A stretch of 64,000 bases of DNA. Source: Parcubacteria group bacterium. Its GTDB lineage: Bacteria > Patescibacteriota > Minisyncoccia > Moranbacterales > UBA9337. A model generated the notes under the pieces. It saw nothing but the letters and a program-made list of their open reading frames with translations. It made no database searches and had not been told where the DNA came from. Shown piece by piece: positions 56,646-64,000 of the stretch (the stretch's first letter is position 1; every line of letters begins with the position of its first letter). Location of the stretch: positions 163 to 64,162 of the forward strand of contig JBAZSW010000007.1 of assembly GCA_041662245.1 (NCBI GenBank), read 5' to 3'. The translations under genes were made by a program, and so were the position numbers.

Positions 56646-57758
56646 ATGCGCATCTCCTACTCAGCTCTCAATTCTTATAAAATTTGTCCGCTGAAATATA
56701 AATTTCAATATATTGATAAAATCAGGACCCCCAAATCCAAGGAGGCCGTTTTTGGAACACTGGTTCATTCTACTTTAAATTTTGTCCATACTCCTGGGAT
56801 TCTTTCTCCTTCTATGGAGCAAGCCATGGATCATTTTTCTAAGAATTGGAACAGTGATGTTTTTGCTGATGAACTTGAAGAAAGAGCGGCTTTTTCACAG
56901 GGGATAGAAATTATTCGTCGTTATTATCATGACAATGATATCTCTAAAATAAATATTGTGGCGCTAGAAAGTCCTTTCCAGATAAAATTAGGCGAGCATG
57001 TTGTGAGTGGTATTATCGATAGGATTGACCGGACGGAAGATGGTTATGAAATTGTAGATTATAAAACTGCCAAAAAAATGCCTTCTCAAGAAAAGGTGGA
57101 TAATGATGTGCAGTTAACTATTTACCTAGCTGCTTTTCTGGCAAGGTATCCGGAAGAAATAAAAAATTTAGATAAATTAAAAGTTAGTTTGTATTTTGTA
57201 AAACATGGAGCTAAGTTAACTTCTACGCGAACTGAGGAAGATTTAAAAAATATAGAAAAAACATTTTTGGAAGTAATTGAAAAAATCGGAGAAAGTGAAT
57301 TTCATCCTATTGTTAATCCCCTTTGCGATTGGTGTGATTTTCAAAATCGTTGTCCAATGTGGAAACACAAATTTAAAGAAACTAGAAAAATTGATACCCA
57401 AGAAGTTAATACTGCTATTAGCGAATATATAGCAGCTAAAGACGAAGCTAAACATATTCGTACTAAGATTGCTCAGTTGCAGGAAGTTGTTTCTAGATAT
57501 ATGGATCAAGAAGGAGTAGAAAGAGTTTTTTCCGATACAGGAATTATCGCTCGTACCCTGAGGCAAAGCTATAAATATGACGATCAAAAGTTGCGAGAAA
57601 TATTGGAGCCTTTGGGAAAATGGGAGGCTATAAATAAAGTTAATCAAACAGCTCTAAAGACTGTTTTGGCTACTCTACCTGCTTTGACTAAAAAGAAAAT
57701 AGAGGAAACAAAAAAAATCGACAAAGAATCAATTGGGTTTAGTATTAAAAAGCAATAA
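56646..57758 (+). CDS. PD-(D/E)xK nuclease superfamily protein, Cas4/RecB-like, with a C-terminal Cys cluster
   Basis: N-terminal ISYSALNSYKICPLKYKFQYID. VSGIIDRIDRTEDGYEIVDYKTAKK carries motifs II-III (D...E.K). QLTIYLAAF. C-terminal NPLCDWCDFQNRCPMWKH (Fe-S-type Cys triad). Extended -10 promoter TGaTATAAT upstream. Confidence 0.65.
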   Translation: MRISYSALNSYKICPLKYKFQYIDKIRTPKSKEAVFGTLVHSTLNFVHTPGILSPSMEQAMDHFSKNWNSDVFADELEERAAFSQGIEIIRRYYHDNDISKINIVALESPFQIKLGEHVVSGIIDRIDRTEDGYEIVDYKTAKKMPSQEKVDNDVQLTIYLAAFLARYPEEIKNLDKLKVSLYFVKHGAKLTSTRTEEDLKNIEKTFLEVIEKIGESEFHPIVNPLCDWCDFQNRCPMWKHKFKETRKIDTQEVNTAISEYIAAKDEAKHIRTKIAQLQEVVSRYMDQEGVERVFSDTGIIARTLRQSYKYDDQKLREILEPLGKWEAINKVNQTALKTVLATLPALTKKKIEETKKIDKESIGFSIKKQ

Positions 57759-57786
57759 ATAAAACTACCCCAATGAGCTTTAAAAA

Positions 57787-58503
57787 TTATTTTCCTCTTA
57801 TTATGCTTCCTTCAAAACTTTTTCCTTCAATATAATTTTGCATATTTTCAAGATGGCTTCCTCCGATAATGGCAACTTCAAGATTATTTTCTTGGGCTAA
57901 TTTAGAAGCAATGGGATCAAAAGGAGCATTCATCCCCGGATCCCAAGTCTCCCCTACTATCTTTCGAAATTCTGTCCAAGAAATTTTTTCTATTTTCTTA
58001 GCATCATTAAATTTATTGGGATCTTTATTGTATAGGTAAGTAATATTAGAAAGGTTAATCAATTTTTCAGCTTCAAATCTTTGGGCTAAAATTGTGGCCA
58101 CATAATCAGTGGACCACCCCGGACGCCATCCTGCCGCTACCATAACTTTTTCACCACTGGCAAAATGTTCTTTTACATCTTCCTTGGTGCGAGGGTTTTT
58201 GTTAATGCGAGGATGGGCATATTTTTTGAAAACTGTTTTTATGAAATGAGCATTCATTCGAGTAGCATGGATTCCTAACCAATCCCTTTCTTCACTATCA
58301 ATATTACCCACTTCTGCCGCTGCTTGAATATAATTTCGAGCTATTTTTCCTCCCCCTGTGATAATTACAAAACGATAACCTTTGTCAATTTCTTCTTCTA
58401 TAATAGTTTTAAATTTAATAATAAAATCAGAATTTATTTTTTCTGGAAAAATTAAAGATCCGCCTAAAGAAATAACGATTATGTTTTTACTAAAATTATT
58501 CAT
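57787..58503 (-). CDS. pyrH: UMP kinase (archaeal/short type)
   Basis: IIVISLGGSLIF, ITGGGKIARNYI, DWLGIHATRMNA, AAGWRPGWSTDYVATILAQRF. The start is set at MNNFSKN. The upstream 15 aa of the track ORF overlap a hairpin, caatccgccaaaggtggattg. Confidence 0.75.
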   Translation of the reverse strand: MNNFSKNIIVISLGGSLIFPEKINSDFIIKFKTIIEEEIDKGYRFVIITGGGKIARNYIQAAAEVGNIDSEERDWLGIHATRMNAHFIKTVFKKYAHPRINKNPRTKEDVKEHFASGEKVMVAAGWRPGWSTDYVATILAQRFEAEKLINLSNITYLYNKDPNKFNDAKKIEKISWTEFRKIVGETWDPGMNAPFDPIASKLAQENNLEVAIIGGSHLENMQNYIEGKSFEGSIIRGK

Positions 58504-58570
58504 TTTTTTAAGATTAATTATTATGTCCGCAAAAAAACAATCCGCCAAAGGTGGATTGTTTCGATTTCTA

Positions 58571-59551
58571 TTATTTATGAATTGTTTTTAATCCTCGATT
58601 GTAGCTACTTACCAGTAGCGCCGAAGCCACAAAGACTGAAGAATACGTTCCAAAGCCAATTCCTACCAATAAAGCTAAAGAAAAATATTTAATTGATTCT
58701 CCGCCAAATAATACAATCACTATTAAAACTATTATAACGGTAAAGGCGGTATTAAAAGATCGTGCCAATGTTTCCATTATGGAGCGGTTAGTAATGTTCT
58801 CAAAATTTTCCTTGGTGCTGGATCGGATTAAATTTTCTCTAATTCTGTCATAAACCACGATGGTGTCATTAACTGAATAACCTAAAATTGTCAGTAATGC
58901 AGCTATGAAGGAAACACCCACTTCAATACCGAAAAATCTTCCCATAAGAACAAAGAATCCAATAGTAATAATAATGTCATGCAATAAGGCTATAATGGCG
59001 CAAATTCCGTATTGCCAAGAGGTCACGGGATAAGAAACTTTTCTGAAAGCCCAAGCTATATATAACGCAATCCCGACGAGAGCTAAAATAGTGGCAATTA
59101 TTGCATTTCTTTTTAATTGATTAGATACCGATGCGCCTACAAAATCAACTCTGGTTTGTTCTACCTTTGCATTAAACTCATCTAATCTTTCAATAACTTT
59201 TTCATTAGTGGACTCATCTGAACCAACATAACGCAACACAACCACATTTTCATCGGATACCTGAACATTTAAGCTTTCCAAATTTAAATCAGTTAATTTG
59301 TTTTCAATATCCTCTCGTGTGGGAGCTTTATAGGGTTCATTTTCTGCAGTCTCAGTTGCAATAGTGCTATCATCTGGGATAGATGGCTCAGTAGGCAGCG
59401 TTTCTTTTTTTGAGAATTGAATTTCCATTAGAGTGCCTCCTCTAAAATCAATACCCAATTTTAGCCCCCAAGTGAATAATGCCACAATACTTAAAATAGT
59501 CAGTGTTCCTGAAAAAATGTAAGCATATTTTCTTTTTCCCATTATATCCAT
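58571..59551 (-). CDS. secF: Protein translocase subunit SecF
   Basis: GIDFRGGTLMEIQF, and the six-TM SecF core with VNDTIVVYDRIRE. Confidence 0.92.
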   Translation of the reverse strand: MDIMGKRKYAYIFSGTLTILSIVALFTWGLKLGIDFRGGTLMEIQFSKKETLPTEPSIPDDSTIATETAENEPYKAPTREDIENKLTDLNLESLNVQVSDENVVVLRYVGSDESTNEKVIERLDEFNAKVEQTRVDFVGASVSNQLKRNAIIATILALVGIALYIAWAFRKVSYPVTSWQYGICAIIALLHDIIITIGFFVLMGRFFGIEVGVSFIAALLTILGYSVNDTIVVYDRIRENLIRSSTKENFENITNRSIMETLARSFNTAFTVIIVLIVIVLFGGESIKYFSLALLVGIGFGTYSSVFVASALLVSSYNRGLKTIHK

Positions 59552-59571
59552 TTTTTTATTTCAAAATAAAA

Positions 59572-61263
59572 TTATTTTTTCCTTATTATCAGCCAAGGTC
59601 TTTTAACTAGCCAATCTCCAACGATAAACTGTAAAATTATCTTTACAATAACAATTGCTGTAAACATTGATAGGATAACTCCGATTACAAGTATTACCGC
59701 AAAACCTTTAATAAATCCTGTCCCCATCCAAATAAGAATCATGGAAGTAAGTATAGTAGAATAATTTCCATCTCGAATACTAGGCCATGCCCTACGAAAG
59801 CCTTCATTGATAGCGCCTTCCAAACCTCTTCCTCCGCGTAATTCTTCTTTTGTTCTTTCAAAAATTAAAACATTAGCGTCCACAGCCATTCCAATGGACA
59901 AAATAAATCCAGCAATTCCCGAGAGAGTTAATGTTATTGGCCAAGCAGAAATTGATCCAGACAGTTTAAAAATAGAAATCATCATAGCGGAATAAATAAA
60001 TAATGCTACAGTCGCAACAAAACCTAAAAATCGATAGTATAGAATCATAAATATTCCCACAATCAAAAGTCCCGCTACCCCCGCCTTTAAACTTTTTTCC
60101 AAAGAAAGTTTTCCTAAAGAAGCACCTACGCTTTGTTGAGAAACTAATTTTATGGGAGCGGGCAAGGCTCCTTCATTAAGCCTTTTTTTCAATTCCTTAG
60201 CTTCATCAGTAGTAAAATTTCCGGTAATTACCGCCTCTCCAGCTGTAATCTCAGCTTGTACTACAGGGGCACTAATTATTTCTTTATCTAAATAAATAGC
60301 TACTTTTTTCCCGATGTTTCTTTTGGTAATTTCTGCAAAAAGTTTTGATCCTTCAGTATCAAATTTTAATTGGACTTGAGGTTCTGATAATCCTTGATCA
60401 GTAAATACCACTGCTGTATCTTTTAAATTTTTTCCAGTTAATCCAGTTTCTTTATATATCCAATAATCCTGATACATTTCCGCAGTCTTTTTAGCAAATA
60501 AAATATGAGCTACATGTATTTCTTTAGCATCTCCCTCACCCCGTTCTTCTATTTTTTTAAGAATGTGCCAACCAAAATCAGTTGCTATTAAGTCAGGATA
60601 AATTTCTCCATCCGACATGCCTTGTTTAAATAATATATCGTTAATTTGAGCGGGCAGTTGATCTTTTTTTACAAAATCCAAATCTCCTTCTCTATCCTTA
60701 GAGCTGGGGTCTTCGCTCAACTCTTTGGCTAAGGCAGTAAAATCCCCACCCTCTTTTATTTTTTGTAATGTTTCCGTGGCAGATTGTTGGGATTTTTCAT
60801 TCATGGGAGCAAGCATCTGGTTATATTGTGCTATATCCGCTTGTTGTTCTTCTTCGGTTTTTTCTTCTTTAAATTCCAAGAAAGGAGTTTCTTTAATTAA
60901 ACTTTTTAAATCCTCAGCGCTTTTTGCTCCAGGGTATTCAATAATAATTCTGGGTGGATCACCAGCTACAGCTTGAATCAATGCTTCGCTAGTTCCGGTT
61001 GCGTTAACTTTTCTTTCTAATATATCCTGAGCTGCTTGCAGGGCGTCTTCTTTTTTATCTTCTTCCAACGTAGATGTGTCCACTTCATATTCCAAACGAT
61101 AGCCTCCTTGTAAATCAAGACCTAAATTTATTTTTGCCTTGCTAATAAAATTAAAAACCGGCGGCATAAATTTGACCGCGTCTGGATAAGCTACTGCTAT
61201 AGATATAATAGATAAAAGGATAACTAAAGCAAATTTAACTCTGATTTTATTTTGAATACTCAT
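59572..61263 (-). CDS. secD: Protein translocase subunit SecD, with a parvulin (PpiC)-like segment in the periplasmic head region
   Basis: LGLDLQGGYRLEYEVD and ...GKKVAIYLDKEIISAPVVQAEITAGEAVITGNFTTDEAKELKKRLNEGALP are SecD P1 regions. Between them: ALAKELSEDPSSKDREGDLDFVKK...LIATDFGWHILKKIE...EIHVAHILF. Confidence 0.9.
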   Translation of the reverse strand: MSIQNKIRVKFALVILLSIISIAVAYPDAVKFMPPVFNFISKAKINLGLDLQGGYRLEYEVDTSTLEEDKKEDALQAAQDILERKVNATGTSEALIQAVAGDPPRIIIEYPGAKSAEDLKSLIKETPFLEFKEEKTEEEQQADIAQYNQMLAPMNEKSQQSATETLQKIKEGGDFTALAKELSEDPSSKDREGDLDFVKKDQLPAQINDILFKQGMSDGEIYPDLIATDFGWHILKKIEERGEGDAKEIHVAHILFAKKTAEMYQDYWIYKETGLTGKNLKDTAVVFTDQGLSEPQVQLKFDTEGSKLFAEITKRNIGKKVAIYLDKEIISAPVVQAEITAGEAVITGNFTTDEAKELKKRLNEGALPAPIKLVSQQSVGASLGKLSLEKSLKAGVAGLLIVGIFMILYYRFLGFVATVALFIYSAMMISIFKLSGSISAWPITLTLSGIAGFILSIGMAVDANVLIFERTKEELRGGRGLEGAINEGFRRAWPSIRDGNYSTILTSMILIWMGTGFIKGFAVILVIGVILSMFTAIVIVKIILQFIVGDWLVKRPWLIIRKK

Positions 61264-61539
61264 ATTCCCGATTATAATTTATATTTTAAACCTTGGCAAT
61301 ATATTGCTATTTATTGCTTCTTTAATATTTCTGTCACGTGGACATTCGGGCATGCTTTAACATGATGTTAGCATAGTCAAAATTTCGACTTATTTTCCTG
61401 ACTTAGTCTGATTACATTCTTTGCAAAGCATCTGACAACTTTGGAAATTTTTTTATCTTCAATAATAATTTTCAGTTGTCTGATTTTTTCAGATGTTTTA
61501 CTTATTTCATTTTGCTTCATTCTAAGTGACGAATATAAC

Positions 61540-62550
61540 TTATCGAAGTTTTGACAATTTTTTTAATAATCCAATAGTTAAATCTCCTGCAGGATATATC
61601 CCATCAATTCTTTGCAAATATTCTTTTGAATAATAAATTTCATCAGCAACAAACAAATGCACTTGATGATCTCTAATTGCTCTTGCTTTTTCCTCGGAAA
61701 GATCAAGTCCTAACGTAATTTCTATCATTACATCTAATTTACTCATTTGAGCTGTTTTTATAAATTGTTTATATCTTTCTCGCAATGTTCTTTTTGCCCC
61801 TATTCCATAACTCTTGCCACTTAATTTAAAGAAAAAATCAAATTCTGTGGAACTGTCGTTTTTGTCATGCATTTTTCTTATGCTTTCTGCTCTAATACCC
61901 AAACCTATTAAAATGTTAAAAATTCTATCTTCATAACTTGATCCCGCGTCAGATATAATTGATTGATTTATACTTTCCGAAAACATAAGCATAAACATCT
62001 GATTCGGCTCCAAACCATTCTCCCTCAAATAAGAATATTGTTTGAAAAGAGTGTTTATATATTGTTCAGTTGATTCCGATATAAAGCTGGAGTCTCTTTC
62101 TTCAAGCTTCGAAAAAAACAGCAATGATAGAAGTGCACCATTGACCCTAGTGTAATAAGGTCTGCTCTTCGAAATAGTATCATATTCTATAGAAAGTTGA
62201 TTAATATTTTTTAATTTCGAAAGATTCGAAATTTCAGTAAGCTTGGCTTCAGCAAGAAGCAAGGGCTTTATCTGAATTAGTTTCAGAGCAAAAATAAAAA
62301 CCTCTAATTCAATATTATTCTTTATTTGATACAACAACGCCAGTAAAGGTGCTTTCTTTTTATCTGAGAAACTATCAACCACATTAATTAATATAGACAA
62401 TATCCTCTTATGACTTAATTTTTGATTTGTAAAATAAAACTCCAGAAATAAAATACTATCATTTTCTGAAAGCCTCATCTTTCCAAGCTCTTTAAAAATA
62501 TAGTATGCTCTTGAACTGATATTCTTTTTTGAAAAAATTTTTATTTCCAT
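61540..62550 (-). CDS. Hypothetical protein (336 aa), possible nuclease or specificity partner of the adjacent HNH protein
   Basis: Clean ORF 3 nt downstream of the HNH gene, in the same operon. A weak D...ExK-like stretch (EFDFFFKLSGKSYGIGAKR). Not assignable. Confidence 0.45.
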   Translation of the reverse strand: MEIKIFSKKNISSRAYYIFKELGKMRLSENDSILFLEFYFTNQKLSHKRILSILINVVDSFSDKKKAPLLALLYQIKNNIELEVFIFALKLIQIKPLLLAEAKLTEISNLSKLKNINQLSIEYDTISKSRPYYTRVNGALLSLLFFSKLEERDSSFISESTEQYINTLFKQYSYLRENGLEPNQMFMLMFSESINQSIISDAGSSYEDRIFNILIGLGIRAESIRKMHDKNDSSTEFDFFFKLSGKSYGIGAKRTLRERYKQFIKTAQMSKLDVMIEITLGLDLSEEKARAIRDHQVHLFVADEIYYSKEYLQRIDGIYPAGDLTIGLLKKLSKLR

Positions 62551-62553
62551 TGA

Positions 62554-63321
62554 TCAACCTTTAAATATATGTTGATTATGATATTCAATAAATTCCTCTG
62601 CTGGTAAATATTTTTCTGGTAATATTATGCTTCTATTTTCATAGTCAAGAAAAGTTTTAATTAAAAATGGCGTTTTCTCTTGTCTTTTTATTTCTTCAGA
62701 TATAACTATTTTAAAATCTTTGTTAATTGTTATATATCCCCTATCAAAAGCTTTGTCATGAATTGAATTTAATAAAAATCCATTTTTAGGATTTAATCTA
62801 TTTTCTTCATTTTTTGACCAAGGAATGATATGACTAGCAACCAGCAATGGCATCACAGATAATCCCGTAATACAACATTTATTATCAAAGTTTGACAATA
62901 TTAGCTTTCTAAAAAATGACTGTTTATCTCTTCCCTTTGGAGTTATCCCTTCTTTAATGTCAATATTGCAAGCATCATTCAAAGTGTCCTCATCTATAAA
63001 TATTTTAATTAATTCTGGATTTTTTAAACTTTCGATAATCTCGATACTTTTCTTTTCTAAAACATTCGTGTTGCTATATAAATTCCACACAATTTCATCA
63101 GATTTACTCCCGTTTGATAAGCCTTTAATTTGTCTTTTTTGTAAATTAGTGTCTAATCTAGCAAAATTTGATAATTTCATTGCTACTGACGATGGTGTCC
63201 TTTTTATAACTTTAGATAATTTTATTATATCTTTATTTCCCTTGTGCATTTTACCAAAAGGAAGTTGATAATATAATCTCAGAGCTAAAATCAATTCAAA
63301 TTCTTTCCAATTGTTTTTCAT
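62554..63321 (-). CDS. HNH endonuclease (HNH_2/restriction-enzyme-like)
   Basis: CCITGLSVMPLLVASHIIPWSKNEENRLNPKNGFLLNSIHDKAFDRGYITI matches C..TG...L.AaHI.P......N.L.L...H..FD.G. Confidence 0.75.
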   Translation of the reverse strand: MKNNWKEFELILALRLYYQLPFGKMHKGNKDIIKLSKVIKRTPSSVAMKLSNFARLDTNLQKRQIKGLSNGSKSDEIVWNLYSNTNVLEKKSIEIIESLKNPELIKIFIDEDTLNDACNIDIKEGITPKGRDKQSFFRKLILSNFDNKCCITGLSVMPLLVASHIIPWSKNEENRLNPKNGFLLNSIHDKAFDRGYITINKDFKIVISEEIKRQEKTPFLIKTFLDYENRSIILPEKYLPAEEFIEYHNQHIFKG

Positions 63322-63351
63322 AATTCTTTTAGTATAACCAAATTAATAAGG

Positions 63352-63651
63352 TTAACAAGAAAATCCTGCTAATAAAATATTAAAACGAGGAATTTCTGCT
63401 GGATCAATCTTTGTAATATCGCCATAGGGCAATTCTCCAAAATTTGCTTGGTATGTTTTTTTTGCTGGTTCATCCCATTCTGATGTAAAAACACATTCAC
63501 CACCAATACTCTCAAATCCAGTTCTGATTCCGCCTATACCAGCAAATAAATCTATAAATTTAAAATCAGCCATTTTTTCTTCTTGAGGAACATCAAATAG
63601 TGATTGTATTATAATTTTTTTTCTTACTTTTGTATTTACTTGATCAGGCAT
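63352..63651 (-). pseudogene. DNA (cytosine-5)-methyltransferase, 5' fragment only (motifs I-IV), truncated right after the catalytic Cys
   Basis: FKFIDLFAGIGGIRTGFE (motif I FxGxGG), CVFTSEWDEPAKKTYQANFG, DITKI, and ILLAGFSC* where the PC motif GFPCQ is expected. Stop codon TAA. Only 30 nt remain before the HNH gene. No downstream MTase motifs were found in any frame. Confidence 0.7.
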
Positions 63652-63712
63652 TATTTTTTGTTTAAGTTATATTTTTTTATTTTTCTTATTTTATCACATA
63701 AAATGGATACTC

Positions 63713-63994
63713 TTATTCTACAACTTCTCTCAGGCTTTTACCAGTTAATCTTGAACTATTTATTAATTTCAGCTTTTGAACCCTTTTTAATTTTTTAATG
63801 CGAGATTCCGCCATTGTTGCTTCGGATCTATTTTTAAATTTTTTAGAAAAAACTACCTTTACGGGTCGGCGCGAGGCGGTATATTTTGCACCCAGCTTGC
63901 TATTGTTGTGTTGGAGAAGTCTTCTCTTTAAATCAGTGGTAATCCCTGTATATAAAGTTTTGTCGGAACATTTAAGAATATATAAATAATACAT
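63713..63994 (-). CDS. GIY-YIG nuclease family protein (small UPF0213/YhbQ-like)
   Basis: MYYLYILKCSDKTLYTGITTDLKRRLLQHN is the GIY-YIG core. Confidence 0.8.
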   Translation of the reverse strand: MYYLYILKCSDKTLYTGITTDLKRRLLQHNNSKLGAKYTASRRPVKVVFSKKFKNRSEATMAESRIKKLKRVQKLKLINSSRLTGKSLREVVE

Positions 63995-64000
63995 TATTCA

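Noticed and set aside
63604-63989. Two 63-64 aa plus-strand ORFs
   Set aside because: Antisense to the C5-MTase fragment and GIY-YIG genes, which carry clear family motifs.

Overview
This 64 kb window has low GC (roughly one third) and is densely packed with short, mostly plus-strand housekeeping genes. Shine-Dalgarno sites are weak and proteins are small. Together with an LCP protein and glycosyltransferase-rich envelope clusters, this fits a Patescibacteria/CPR-like bacterium (inference only).

Recognisable content:
- dTDP-rhamnose genes rfbB/rfbD, with rfbA-galU-tagA further downstream.
- The infC-rpmI-rplT operon, smpB with an adjacent tmRNA (ssrA) whose tag reading frame is readable, and six tRNAs (Leu-UAA, Cys-GCA, Ser-GCU, Pro-GGG, Val-GAC; none encodes CCA).
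- A GT4/GT2/O-antigen-ligase/LCP/CtpA envelope cluster.
- rarA, htrA, clpB, pheS/pheT, glyA, an ECF sigma factor with a putative anti-sigma partner, a CcdA/DsbD-like protein, gltX, the iscR-iscS-iscU operon, rlmN, pyrH and secD/secF.

The region from 47.7 kb to the window end looks accessory or decayed: a GC-rich small zinc-ribbon gene, a frameshifted gene, a standalone primase-type CHC2 zinc-finger protein, a Cas4-like PD-(D/E)xK nuclease, a truncated C5-cytosine methyltransferase beside an HNH endonuclease, and a GIY-YIG protein.

The most unusual signals, read directly from the sequence:
1. A family of (TAGTAAC)n heptamer inverted repeats sits in the spacers of the infC-rpmI-rplT and pheS-pheT operons. 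The pheS-pheT copy encloses a 23S-rRNA-IVS-type four-helix-bundle protein gene, an rRNA-intervening-sequence-like cassette inside an mRNA operon.
2. Two identical 32 bp perfect palindromes bracket a small PaaX/Cas2-like regulator gene.
3. The SecD periplasmic head region carries a parvulin (PpiC) PPIase-like signature.
4. The C5-MTase is cut off immediately after its catalytic Cys motif, next to an HNH nuclease.
5. A 760 bp ORF-free region contains three copies of a 14 bp palindromic motif.
6. A terminator-bounded structured RNA candidate lies at ~8.19-8.49 kb.

No CRISPR array, rRNA gene or obvious transposase was seen.
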